Below are positions 1 to 8,029 of a DNA stretch of 36,481 nucleotides, one piece after another. Position numbers and translations under genes: made by a program. The notes beneath the pieces were generated by a model. It saw nothing but the letters and a program-made list of their open reading frames with translations. It made no database searches and was not told where the DNA came from. Source of the stretch: a virus (taxonomy: Duplodnaviria > Caudoviricetes); IMG/VR virus record IMGVR_UViG_3300042299_000035, positions 1 through 36,481 of that record; one strand, given 5' to 3'. The number at the start of each line of letters is the position of its first letter. The first letter of the stretch is position 1.

Positions 1-190
1 ATTTTGGCAACTGGTGGTGTTGATAGCAGGATTTTTAGAGCAAGTTTAGAAAATTTAGTCAGTAAAGATGCAAAAGTAGCTGGTGATTTAAAGAAAATTT
101 ATGATGACTTGCAGACTGCTGTGCGTGTCAAAGCTAATGAGCTGTACCCACAGCCTAGTTCAGGTAATAAATTTATTCCCGCTGAGATTC
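1..190. repeat. Terminal direct repeat / circular assembly overlap (copy 1)
   Basis: 1-190 aligns to 36292-36481; 64-190 is identical (127 nt) and 1-63 has 11 mismatches. Confidence 0.95.
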
Positions 191-1983
191 CAACAGCATC
201 AGCAAAAATTGCAGAACTTGAAATTGACTATGGTAAAAGATTAAAAGCACTTTCTGACCAACAAGAAAAACTTACTCAATCTTTGAATTTGGCTGGAAAT
301 ATTGCGCCTGTTGATCTTGGAAAACCAATTCAGGGTGTTGTTTTAGCGCAAGAGGCTGCGGCTCGAAATGCTTTGTCACCAGAATACGAGAGTGTTAAGA
401 AGCAAGCCTCTCAATTAGGCGCTATTTTGCCAGCCAATGAGACTCAAACCTTGTTAAACACGGCTAAAGACTTGTTTATGCAAGATCCTTGGGGTCGTCA
501 ATCTGACCTATTAAAACTTGTCCAGAAGCAATCTGGTGAGTTTTCACGCATGAGAAAACAAGGCCAAACAGATACAACTCTGCCAGCAGTCCCTGGTCAA
601 GCACCTCCAGTTGATTTAACTGTTGGTATGGACATAACAAGCCTTGACTCATTAAAGCGTAGGGTTGCCGCTGACATTCGTACTGTTAAAAATGACGCTA
701 CTAAAGATAAGTTGATCCTTTTGCAACAACGAGTTGATGAGGCGCTTAATAGAGTTCAAAATGCTAGTGGCGACATCAATGTTAATTTCAGAGGTGAGAA
801 AACAACATTTGGTAACGCTATGTCGCAACTTGACTTGGACTACTACAACAAAGTAGGAATTCCATTTAAAGATGCTGATGCCATTCAGAAGATTGGTTCG
901 CAAGAGTATGCAGAACGAATTGCCCCTCAGTTGGCAAGCAGTCCTACAGCAATGACTCAGTTTTTAAAGGTTGCTGGTGATGAGGGTATGCCTTTGGCTG
1001 AAAAAGCAGTTATGTCTAAGTTATATAACGCTGCTTTAAACAAAGAAGGTTTTATTGATCCTATAAAGCTAAATTCTTTGATTACAAAGACAAGCAACAA
1101 TGGTGGTTATAGCGATATTCTTGCTCAATTGCCTGGTCTTAAAACTAGGCTTGATGATGCTGCCAATAGAGCAAATCTTCTTTCTGGTGAACGAGTAGCC
1201 ATTGATGATGCCGCAAAAGCTGAGAGAGTTCGTTTAGGCGACTCTTTCTTGGCAAACTACGAAACTGGTGGTGTTGATGCAATTACAAGTCGTATGCTTG
1301 GCTCTACTGGTAAAGGTTATCAATCAAAATTCTTTAATGATTTAAGCAAACTGTCTCCAAACGATCAAACTAACACTACCTTGGCTGTTCAAAACGCTTT
1401 GGTTACAAAGATGTTAGACAACAAAGACCCGTTTGCCTATTTGCAAAAGAACAAAGATACGTTTGTTCGTTTGTTTGGCAAGCAACACTATGACAATTTG
1501 GCTTCTTTGGCTGATGTTCAGCGATTGGCAACTAAAGTAGATGTAAATCGCCTTCCTGTAGACCAAGCTGCTATTAAGGAGATGTCTGCTTTACAACGAC
1601 TTATGGGTGGTGTTGATCCCAAGAGAGTGTCTGCTATTTTGGTTAACCAGATTTCAAGTGTGTTTAACAAAGGTTTCCGTATTGCGGCTGCTATTGGACA
1701 AGAAAACATAGATCAAGCTACCAAAGAAGCGCATAGAAAACTCTTCATGGACAAAGGTGGTTTGGATGGGGTAATTAAGGCATCTACCCGTCTGATAAAC
1801 AAAAAAGGTAAAGAGGTAGAGTTGGCAGATTTTATTAAGCCTGGCGACTTATCTAACTTAGCAAATTCTCTTGGTATGTCTGTTTTAAGGACAGGATATT
1901 TGGGTGGTCAAGCCGCACTTTCACCAAGTGAAGTTATGTCACCAGAACCTGAATCATATTACGAATACAACCCAACACGCTAA
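1..1983 (+). CDS. C-terminal part of a large internal virion/ejection protein (gene starts at 35506, ~922 aa across the circular join)
   Basis: In frame with the ORF beginning at 35506 through the terminal overlap; large, predicted helical; last gene of the tail/ejection block before lysis. Confidence 0.7.
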   Translation: MLATGGVDSRIFRASLENLVSKDAKVAGDLKKIYDDLQTAVRVKANELYPQPSSGNKFIPAEIPTASAKIAELEIDYGKRLKALSDQQEKLTQSLNLAGNIAPVDLGKPIQGVVLAQEAAARNALSPEYESVKKQASQLGAILPANETQTLLNTAKDLFMQDPWGRQSDLLKLVQKQSGEFSRMRKQGQTDTTLPAVPGQAPPVDLTVGMDITSLDSLKRRVAADIRTVKNDATKDKLILLQQRVDEALNRVQNASGDINVNFRGEKTTFGNAMSQLDLDYYNKVGIPFKDADAIQKIGSQEYAERIAPQLASSPTAMTQFLKVAGDEGMPLAEKAVMSKLYNAALNKEGFIDPIKLNSLITKTSNNGGYSDILAQLPGLKTRLDDAANRANLLSGERVAIDDAAKAERVRLGDSFLANYETGGVDAITSRMLGSTGKGYQSKFFNDLSKLSPNDQTNTTLAVQNALVTKMLDNKDPFAYLQKNKDTFVRLFGKQHYDNLASLADVQRLATKVDVNRLPVDQAAIKEMSALQRLMGGVDPKRVSAILVNQISSVFNKGFRIAAAIGQENIDQATKEAHRKLFMDKGGLDGVIKASTRLINKKGKEVELADFIKPGDLSNLANSLGMSVLRTGYLGGQAALSPSEVMSPEPESYYEYNPTR

Positions 1984-1992
1984 AGTAGTACC

Positions 1993-2484
1993 ATGATAGA
2001 TCCAGTAACAGCTCTAGCAGGAATACAGAGTGCTGTAAAACTGATTAAACAGGCTTCTAAGACTGTTGATGATGTTGCTTCTCTTGGGCCACTATTAGGT
2101 AAGTATTTCAATGCTAAGAGTGAGGCTACGAAGGCTGTTGTAGAGTCCAAGAAGAAGGGTGGCTCTAGCATGGGTATGGCTATCGAGATTGAGATGGCTC
2201 TTGAGCAGACCCGTGAGTTTGAGAAAGAACTTCAGATGTTGTTCTTTCAGGCTAATAAGATGGATGTCTGGGCAAAGATCAAGGCTCGTGCCTCTGCGAT
2301 GGATGTAGAGGAAGCCCACAATGCTCGTAAAGAGAAAGAAGCTCTTGCTCGTAAGAAGAAGAAAGAACAAGAAGACCTTGAAATGGGTCTAATGATTGGT
2401 GGGCTTGTATTTATTGTTGCGCTTATTGCGTTTGGTGTCTATGAACTACTAGATCATTGTGCAAAAGTGAGGTGCGGAAGATGA
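1993..2484 (+). CDS. Hypothetical membrane protein (coiled-coil plus C-terminal TM helix), lysis-module associated
   Basis: 163-aa ORF; hydrophobic GLMIGGLVFIVALIAFGVY near the C-terminus; ATGA-coupled to the next ORF. Confidence 0.7.
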   Translation: MIDPVTALAGIQSAVKLIKQASKTVDDVASLGPLLGKYFNAKSEATKAVVESKKKGGSSMGMAIEIEMALEQTREFEKELQMLFFQANKMDVWAKIKARASAMDVEEAHNARKEKEALARKKKKEQEDLEMGLMIGGLVFIVALIAFGVYELLDHCAKVRCGR

Positions 2485-2630
2485 ACTTCTATCAAAAGCA
2501 AGCAGATATGACTTTCAAGATAGTGGGTTATTCTTGGGGAACTATTCTCTTCTTTGACATTATGAAAGTACTTCCTAACTTCTTGTCCGACAGAATAATG
2601 AACGCTCTTTTAGCAAAGTTGCCAATATGA
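2481..2630 (+). CDS. Small hydrophobic protein (49 aa, MNFYQKQADMTFKIVGYSWGTILFFDIM...)
   Basis: Not in the ORF track; fills the gap exactly with ATGA overlaps at both ends. Confidence 0.7.
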   Translation: MNFYQKQADMTFKIVGYSWGTILFFDIMKVLPNFLSDRIMNALLAKLPI

Positions 2631-2839
2631 GATATTTGATTTTGTTATCTGCAGTATTTCTATCTGGTTGTTTTGATGACAGATACAGGTACTTTTGCCA
2701 AAATCCTGATAACTTTGTTCACGCTAACTGCCAGAAACCTAAGTGTTTGTTTACCCAGACTTGTCCCGAATACCTTGTAGCCCCAATCTTGGAGAAAAAA
2801 GTCAATGAACAGCAATCAGAAACCAAGACCAACAATTGA
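2627..2839 (+). CDS. Cys-rich lipoprotein
   Basis: Signal peptide with lipobox MRYLILLSAVFLSG-C; four further Cys. Confidence 0.75.
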   Translation: MRYLILLSAVFLSGCFDDRYRYFCQNPDNFVHANCQKPKCLFTQTCPEYLVAPILEKKVNEQQSETKTNN

Positions 2840-3305
2840 AGAGGTAGAAACCTACGTCTGGGGCTTTGTGGTCGTCATGGTCACATTGATTCTTTGCTTT
2901 ATTGTTGTTGCTTTGCTCTACTCTGTCACGTTTGTGACTCAACCTATTAAGAGCATGGCCCCGATTGATATGGCCTACACCAAGATGCTGAACGACATTG
3001 TTCTGCTGATTGTGGGTGGTATCGGTGGAGTTATCGGTAAGAAGGGTGTAGGAACGGCTTTAAACGCCATCCAAGGCACTCCAACACCGCCTCCTAGCCC
3101 TACACCGCCTCCTGTGCCTGTAACGCCTCCTGTGGCATCTAATACTTGGACTTCAACAGGTTCAGCACCTAACTGGTTGAACTTCAAGAATCCTGATTTA
3201 GATGAGTCTTGGACACCTCCTCCTCCTCCGACTACACCTCCTGATTTGCTAGAACCAGACCATGAACGTGAGCAGTTGGCAATGGCTCGTAAAGAGGCTC
3301 AATAA
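2805..3305 (+). CDS. Holin-like two-TM protein with Pro-rich C-terminal tail
   Basis: Two hydrophobic segments (VWGFVVVMVTLILCFIVVALLYSV; IVLLIVGGIGGVIG); upstream of spanin and endolysin. Confidence 0.55.
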   Translation: MNSNQKPRPTIEEVETYVWGFVVVMVTLILCFIVVALLYSVTFVTQPIKSMAPIDMAYTKMLNDIVLLIVGGIGGVIGKKGVGTALNAIQGTPTPPPSPTPPPVPVTPPVASNTWTSTGSAPNWLNFKNPDLDESWTPPPPPTTPPDLLEPDHEREQLAMARKEAQ

Positions 3306-3802
3306 TGTTTGGCATACCATTACCTTGGGTTCTAGTGGTTCTTTGTATAACCTTATTTGGAACTTACAGAGGTGGATACCACTTTGGCTGGTCAGACAGG
3401 GACAAGGAAATGCAGATTGAGATTGCCAGGAAGAATGAGGAATCTCGTCAGACTGAACAGAAACTTAACGAACAACTAAACACTACTGCTAGTAAACTTT
3501 TGGAGGTTAACGATGTTGTCAACAAAAAACAAAGTGCTTTGGATGCTGCCATTCGTGCTGGTAGGGTGCGCCTCCCCTCCCCAAGTTGTGTACAAGCCCC
3601 CACAAGTACCCCCGTTGCCCCCACAGATACAAAAGCAACCAGTGAACCTGACAGACAGGCTGACACAGCTTCTGATGCCGAAAGAGCAACCCTTGCCGCC
3701 ATCGCAGAAATAGTGGCACAGGGAGATCGGAATACTGCTGCACTCAATGCGTGTATAGATTCGTACAATCAGATGAGAGATTTGCTAAATGGTAACAAGT
3801 GA
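3305..3802 (+). CDS. Rz: Rz-like inner-membrane spanin
   Basis: N-terminal TM, coiled coil, GRVRL motif and C-terminal LNACIDSY; contains an embedded lipoprotein ORF. Confidence 0.85.
   Translation: MFGIPLPWVLVVLCITLFGTYRGGYHFGWSDRDKEMQIEIARKNEESRQTEQKLNEQLNTTASKLLEVNDVVNKKQSALDAAIRAGRVRLPSPSCVQAPTSTPVAPTDTKATSEPDRQADTASDAERATLAAIAEIVAQGDRNTAALNACIDSYNQMRDLLNGNK
3513..3713 (+). CDS. Rz1: Rz1-like outer-membrane spanin, embedded in the +1 frame of Rz
   Basis: Lipobox LVG-C followed by a Pro-rich mature region; classic lambda-type embedded arrangement. Confidence 0.85.
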   Translation: MLSTKNKVLWMLPFVLVGCASPPQVVYKPPQVPPLPPQIQKQPVNLTDRLTQLLMPKEQPLPPSQK

Positions 3803-4382
3803 ACAACTTAAACAGCTTCATATCGGCCCTGAGTGGTTGGATGGTTTAAATGCCACTTTTGAGCGTTTTGACATTATGAATCCACTTAGAAAAGCGGCTT
3901 TCATTGGTCAATGTGCTCACGAATCAGGTAATTTCAAACTTTTATCAGAAAATCTGAACTATCGTGCAGAGGCTTTACAGAAGTTATGGCCTAGAAGGTT
4001 TGATGCTACCAAAGCACAGATGTGCGCTCGCAATCCTAAGTTGATTGCCAATACTGTTTACAGCTCACGTATGGGTAACAGGGATGAGGCTTCTGGTGAT
4101 GGCTATCGGTTTAGAGGTCGTGGGTGTATCCAATTGACAGGACACGCCAATTATTACCATGCTGGTCAGGCTTTAGGAGTGGATTTTGTGATGAATCCTG
4201 ATCTTGTGGCAACCCCAATGTATGCTGCACTCACTGCGGGATGGTTTTGGGACACCCATAAGCTAAACCAATACGCTGATACCAAAGACTATAAGACCAT
4301 GACCAAGAAGATCAACGGGGGATTTATTGGTTTGGCAGACAGAGAAAAGCACATTGCCCATGCTCTCTCTGTCCTTACTTAA
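3789..4382 (+). CDS. Endolysin, glycoside hydrolase family 19
   Basis: Motifs AFIGQCAHESG, ENLNY, FRGRGCIQLTG..NY and TKKINGG typical of GH19 phage lysins. Confidence 0.92.
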   Translation: MVTSEQLKQLHIGPEWLDGLNATFERFDIMNPLRKAAFIGQCAHESGNFKLLSENLNYRAEALQKLWPRRFDATKAQMCARNPKLIANTVYSSRMGNRDEASGDGYRFRGRGCIQLTGHANYYHAGQALGVDFVMNPDLVATPMYAALTAGWFWDTHKLNQYADTKDYKTMTKKINGGFIGLADREKHIAHALSVLT

Positions 4383-4630
4383 CCCTTCATCCTTCTTACG
4401 AAAGATGCAAAGCTAGATGCTGTGTCACCAAAGGGTTTCATCTTGTCAAACTCTAGGGCTACCTCTTCTAGCGTCCTCCTTCTAACAGGACAGTTTCTTC
4501 CTTGAACACAATCGTATGTGCAACAATCCATGCCACTAGATTTGTTTGCTCTTAATATCTGCTTTCCAAGGTTACTGTTTTGTTCAACCATGTTAAAGGC
4601 TTCGTCCTCTTCTTTTGTCCATTGAGTCAT
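4379..4630 (-). CDS. Hypothetical protein
   Basis: 83-aa ORF with CC..DC.QGRNCP; ATGA-coupled within the leftward operon. Confidence 0.65.
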   Translation of the reverse strand: MTQWTKEEDEAFNMVEQNSNLGKQILRANKSSGMDCCTYDCVQGRNCPVRRRTLEEVALEFDKMKPFGDTASSFASFVRRMKG

Positions 4631-4824
4631 GTGTTCTTCTCCTTGAGTTTGGCCTCAACAGCTCTGGCAAAATCCTTGTAGAAGTACATTGGGTTCATTT
4701 GAAGATGAATTTGCTCATATTCAGCATCTGTCAGACCAACCCAAGGGCGCTTCTTTTTCCCGTCAAATAAGCCATCTATGTAAGCATATGCCATGCTTTG
4801 TATCTCTTTTCTCTCTTTACTCAT
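4627..4824 (-). CDS. Hypothetical protein (WVGLTD.E ... FARAVEAKLKEKN type)
   Basis: Start moved to ATG 4824 (GGAG upstream, overlaps the upstream stop). Confidence 0.7.
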   Translation of the reverse strand: MSKERKEIQSMAYAYIDGLFDGKKKRPWVGLTDAEYEQIHLQMNPMYFYKDFARAVEAKLKEKNT

Positions 4825-4982
4825 TTCTTCTCCTGCAAAGAAATAGGCATATAGATGCAAGCCTTGTCCTTGCTGTTAACGCAAGAAACATGAAGCACAT
4901 CTTTTAAACCAAAGCGCTTACAGTTCTTGCACTTAGAGTCAGGCTCTTTTGGCAAGCAACCAATGATCTTAAAACCGATCAT
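4821..4982 (-). CDS. Small Cys-rich hypothetical protein (53 aa)
   Basis: Not in track; MIGFKIIGCLPKEPDSKCKNCKRF...; ATGA overlaps on both sides. Confidence 0.65.
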   Translation of the reverse strand: MIGFKIIGCLPKEPDSKCKNCKRFGLKDVLHVSCVNSKDKACIYMPISLQEKK

Positions 4983-5152
4983 TTCACTCTCCTGAATTCA
5001 ACCTTCTCTGGTGGAGGAGGAAGCATCTTCTCTGAAGGTGGAGTCCAACCATGCTTTTTCCATAGTGCCTGGACATCAGATCCTGATTCCCACTTAAAGT
5101 CTTTCAGGGGAGTAGATGGATAACTGATTTTGGAATGTGGAGGAAGTGTCAT
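4979..5152 (-). CDS. Hypothetical protein (57 aa)
   Basis: Not in track; MTLPPHSKISYPS...WKKHGWTPPSE; ATGA overlaps on both sides. Confidence 0.7.
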   Translation of the reverse strand: MTLPPHSKISYPSTPLKDFKWESGSDVQALWKKHGWTPPSEKMLPPPPEKVEFRRVK

Positions 5153-5478
5153 TTCAGAGCCTTCATAACCCGTTGATTTCTGCCTGATTTACCAGCTCTA
5201 ATACCAGTAATCTCAATGAATCCCTTGTCTAACAAAGCACGATAACGAGCTGTTATGGAGGAATATGGGTATTGGGGATACATCTCTAGCACCTGATCAG
5301 AAATACACCCCTCTGGGAAGCTCTTAATGGCCTCATAGACGAGTTGTTCTATCTTGGTGGTGTCAATGGCTTGGGATGCCTCATGGCTCGTTACAGGGTC
5401 TTCTTTGCGTACCAACTTAAATGCTGGTGTACCAAAGAATCTGTCCATTGACTGCTTCATATTATCAAAAATCATCAT
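5149..5478 (-). CDS. Winged-helix DNA-binding protein
   Basis: DP.TS..A N-terminal motif, helix YSSITARYRALLDKGFI and wing RAGKSGRNQRV; AGGAG RBS. Confidence 0.65.
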   Translation of the reverse strand: MMIFDNMKQSMDRFFGTPAFKLVRKEDPVTSHEASQAIDTTKIEQLVYEAIKSFPEGCISDQVLEMYPQYPYSSITARYRALLDKGFIEITGIRAGKSGRNQRVMKALK

Positions 5479-5493
5479 TGACTCCTATTAGGT

Positions 5494-5554
5494 GGGGTAC
5501 TCGCTGCGTCCATGTTTGTCCGACAATTGCTGTCCATGGCATCCGCTTTCCCCC
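5494..5554 (-). ncRNA. Putative structured RNA element with a bulged-G (loop E / sarcin-ricin-type) motif
   Basis: GGGG-GAAA-GC...CCAUG...CAUGG...GC-GAGUA-CCCC fills the intergenic gap. Confidence 0.45.
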
Positions 5555-5566
5555 GAGAAAAGTTTA

Positions 5567-5806
5567 TCAGAAAGGCAGGTCAGAATCATCAAAGTTGGTC
5601 GCTTTAGACCTCTCTGATGGCTTGGCAATTGGTTCCTTGGGTGACAGTGCCAAACCCATGAATTTGCCTGATTTTCCTTCTTTGACCCATGCAGATAGCC
5701 AGTAATCCTGACCATTTACTGTGATATTTCCTTTGTAATCAGGATGGTTGCCTGTTTCTTTCTTATCGTTTTTGAACAAAACGCCAGAGTTATCTTTCTT
5801 TTCCAT
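5567..5806 (-). CDS. Small SSB-like protein
   Basis: LFKN.KK....PDY.G beta-rich core, acidic C-terminal DDSDLPF tail; next to the annealase. Confidence 0.7.
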   Translation of the reverse strand: MEKKDNSGVLFKNDKKETGNHPDYKGNITVNGQDYWLSAWVKEGKSGKFMGLALSPKEPIAKPSERSKATNFDDSDLPF

Positions 5807-6414
5807 TACATTTCCTTCGCTTTCTTTAACGCACTTCTTACTTTACTTGGAAGGAGTGTCCATAGGGCGATCTTTTGTTGATCGTCTAGGTTCTCTCCCT
5901 CTAACTTAACCCAAGCTGCCTTGGGATCACCTTGCTCACAAGTAGCAATCAGTTCAACTGCCATCTCTTGTAAGTACTGTAATTCTTCTGGAGGAATGTT
6001 GTCTGTTGCACCCTGAGTAGGTGTGATAACCACTGATCTGCCCTCTTCTGGAAGGTCTTCTCCCGCATAAATGTAGAGTCCCAAACCATGCAGACTCAGA
6101 GCCTTGGTCATACAACGCATGATGGCAGTATTGACAGCAAAAGCATCAGGATTAGGGATGGCTTTGTTTCTGTAGTCCATCACAGGAAGCTGACAGGTCA
6201 TTGGTTTGCCAAACATGGTGGCAGTAACAAACACCATTGCCGTACCATTGATATCCATGAAACACTTGTCTCCAAACATCTCTACCTTGTAGGAAGCAGT
6301 AGGATCAGCTTTGAGAGCCTCTGCCCATGCCCAAGCCCATGACAGGTAAGTCAGGTTGTTTTTCTTCTCTGTATGAGAATTAACATCTTTTTTAAGTAAC
6401 GCTTCTATTGACAT
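5806..6414 (-). CDS. Sak-like single-strand annealing recombinase (DUF1071 type)
   Basis: EKKNNLTYLSWAWAW, LPVMDYRNK and RCMTKALSLHGLGLYIYAGEDLP motifs; start at 6414 after AGGAG. Confidence 0.85.
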   Translation of the reverse strand: MSIEALLKKDVNSHTEKKNNLTYLSWAWAWAEALKADPTASYKVEMFGDKCFMDINGTAMVFVTATMFGKPMTCQLPVMDYRNKAIPNPDAFAVNTAIMRCMTKALSLHGLGLYIYAGEDLPEEGRSVVITPTQGATDNIPPEELQYLQEMAVELIATCEQGDPKAAWVKLEGENLDDQQKIALWTLLPSKVRSALKKAKEM

Positions 6415-6424
6415 ATTCACTCCT

Positions 6425-6607
6425 TTAAAAATTATCGTTTAACTCTTGATCAATGATTTGTGTTTGTTGGTCAAGGTCTAATTCCTTGAACTCAATGAAG
6501 TCTGCTTCTTGGCAGCAAACTATTCTGTTTCCCTTGATTGTCAGGCAATAAGGACAGTATTTAATGTCAGAAAACTCTTCCAAATAGGTCTGAAATAGTG
6601 ATTTCAT
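6425..6607 (-). CDS. Small Zn-binding hypothetical protein
   Basis: CPYC...CC motif; coupled to the upstream gene. Confidence 0.65.
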   Translation of the reverse strand: MKSLFQTYLEEFSDIKYCPYCLTIKGNRIVCCQEADFIEFKELDLDQQTQIIDQELNDNF

Positions 6608-6804
6608 GTGAGCCTATCGAAAGCCATTTCCCAGAGAACATCACCTGCAACATCGGTGAGTTTGTTTAACTCATCTTCGGTTAGTGGTGTACCATCTTCG
6701 TAGCATCCACTTGAGAAGTAAGCATCAGAGAAGTCTGGATAATCTCTGCTGTCTACCCCATCTACTTCTAGATCTATGACCTTTTTTCCATTAAGAATCG
6801 GCAT
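6604..6804 (-). CDS. Small acidic hypothetical protein (DYPDFSDAY motif)
   Basis: ATG at 6804 preceded by ACAGGAGTGAAT; first gene of the leftward operon. Confidence 0.75.
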   Translation of the reverse strand: MPILNGKKVIDLEVDGVDSRDYPDFSDAYFSSGCYEDGTPLTEDELNKLTDVAGDVLWEMAFDRLT

Positions 6805-6847
6805 ATTCACTCCTGTTAAACGTGGACTACTATTTGCCCACACCGCT

Positions 6848-6920
6848 AATGTGCCACACCTTTTTAGCCTTTTATACTAGGATTTACCCTAATAGACAGC
6901 ACTTTTTTCTATGCTAATCT
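6848..6920. promoter_or_regulatory. Divergent promoter pair centred on the palindromic box TAGGATTTACCCTA (6878-6891)
   Basis: TGnTAATCT with the hexamer 23 nt to the right (+) and TGnCACATT 24 nt to the left (-); sits between divergent operons. Confidence 0.6.
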
Positions 6921-6972
6921 GAAAAGACTTGTCCTATTAGTAAATAGTCCTTCTACCTACTTCCTTCTTCTT

Positions 6973-7152
6973 ATGCACGTTGAAATACTTGAACAAAGAT
7001 GCGCTGAAGCCTTGCTTGGGTACTCTCAAACAATGGCAGATGCTTATACAACCGAACCAGAGGACTTAGATGCTTCTATGACTGCCTTGCTTGCTAGAAC
7101 GCTAGAACTACATCTAAACCGCAAAATCAATTTGGAGAACCTTTTTAAATGA
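6973..7152 (+). CDS. Hypothetical protein (59 aa)
   Basis: Not in track; MHVEILEQRCAEALL...; ATGA overlap with the next gene. Confidence 0.6.
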   Translation: MHVEILEQRCAEALLGYSQTMADAYTTEPEDLDASMTALLARTLELHLNRKINLENLFK

Positions 7153-7514
7153 CTCAAGCCATGATCATTAAAGCTCTACAGAATGGGCCACTTACTTCAC
7201 AAGAACTCTGTGATTTAACAGGGATGCCTAAGTCCTCTGTATTGTCAACAGCTAAGAAGTTGAGATACAAAGGTGAGCTAACCACAGAAGAGGTTAAGGT
7301 TGGTCGCTACAGAGTTGCTAGGTACACCCTTGCTGACCACTTGATTGAGAGCAAGCCAAAAGACGAAGCCCGCTGCTTGCTAAACCCTTTTGACATCAGA
7401 AACGCCAAAGGTATCTTTAGTAAATCAGAGTATGCGGTGATGAATGCACAAGCTAAAAGATTGCTTGGCAGACCAAAACCTGCGAAAGAGATCACAAATA
7501 ATCAATTTATTTAA
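7149..7514 (+). CDS. HTH DNA-binding protein
   Basis: IIKALQNGPLTSQELCDLTGMPKSSVLSTAKKL winged-HTH pattern. Confidence 0.75.
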   Translation: MTQAMIIKALQNGPLTSQELCDLTGMPKSSVLSTAKKLRYKGELTTEEVKVGRYRVARYTLADHLIESKPKDEARCLLNPFDIRNAKGIFSKSEYAVMNAQAKRLLGRPKPAKEITNNQFI

Positions 7515-7523
7515 AAAAACTTC

Positions 7524-7550
7524 TTGACATCTCTTTGATTTGTGTATAAT
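7524..7550 (+). promoter_or_regulatory. Sigma70-type promoter TTGACA-N15-TATAAT
   Basis: Perfect hexamers but a short 15-nt spacer; immediately upstream of the structured RNA region. Confidence 0.6.
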
Positions 7551-7556
7551 CCAAAC

Positions 7557-7587
7557 CGTCTGAGTGGCATCAGGCGATGAACGGAAT
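7557..7587 (+). promoter_or_regulatory. Antisense target site (a1/b1-like): hairpin with GTGGCA loop plus TGAACGGAAT
   Basis: TGAACGGAAT (7578-7587) is the exact reverse complement of loop 7641-7650; TGGC pairs with the GCCA in loop 7669-7673. Confidence 0.6.
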
Positions 7588-7590
7588 ACG

Positions 7591-7706
7591 AAACCCCATA
7601 GATTTCTGTGTGGTCTTGCCTGACAACAGGCGAACTTTTGATTCCGTTCAATCGTTTGTTGTTGCTCTCGCCAAGAGCCAAGACCACAGAGTGATTTATG
7701 GGGTTT
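7591..7706 (+). ncRNA. c4/CI-like antisense RNA (branched, two loops)
   Basis: Stems 7591-7602/7695-7706 and 7609-7618/7679-7688; hairpins 7622-7663 and 7664-7678; loops complementary to the upstream site. Confidence 0.65.
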
Positions 7707-7715
7707 TTGCTTTTG

Positions 7716-8029
7716 GGGACTGTAAGGATTGCAGACCAAAGTTAGCTGCAAGTAAAGTAGGACTCAGAACCTAGCCATTAGAGACTGGACACAGGTAGAC
7801 CGCTCGTAAGGCCGCCGTAACTGTGTTGAGAGGCAACGGGGGAACTATCCCAAGCCAAGCCCACATGAGTGACCCGAAAGGGGTGCAGGAACGGGCAGAT
7901 AGGACGCTCTGAGGCGTGTAATCCTGCAAGCTATGCAATCAGTAAGGTATAGCCCAATGTTCGTCCCAGACTTGTCTGAAACTAGCATAGGTACTCACTA
8001 ATCTTGTTAACTCAGGATTAGGTGAGTAT
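7716..8029 (+). ncRNA. Large structured non-coding region (ncRNA or replication origin)
   Basis: About 310 nt without a credible ORF in a gene-dense genome; at least six hairpins or helices, including CCC-GAAA-GGG. Confidence 0.4.

Noticed and set aside
7577-7774. 65-aa ORF over the antisense RNA region
   Set aside because: No convincing RBS and the sequence is explained by RNA structure; a leader-peptide role cannot be fully excluded.
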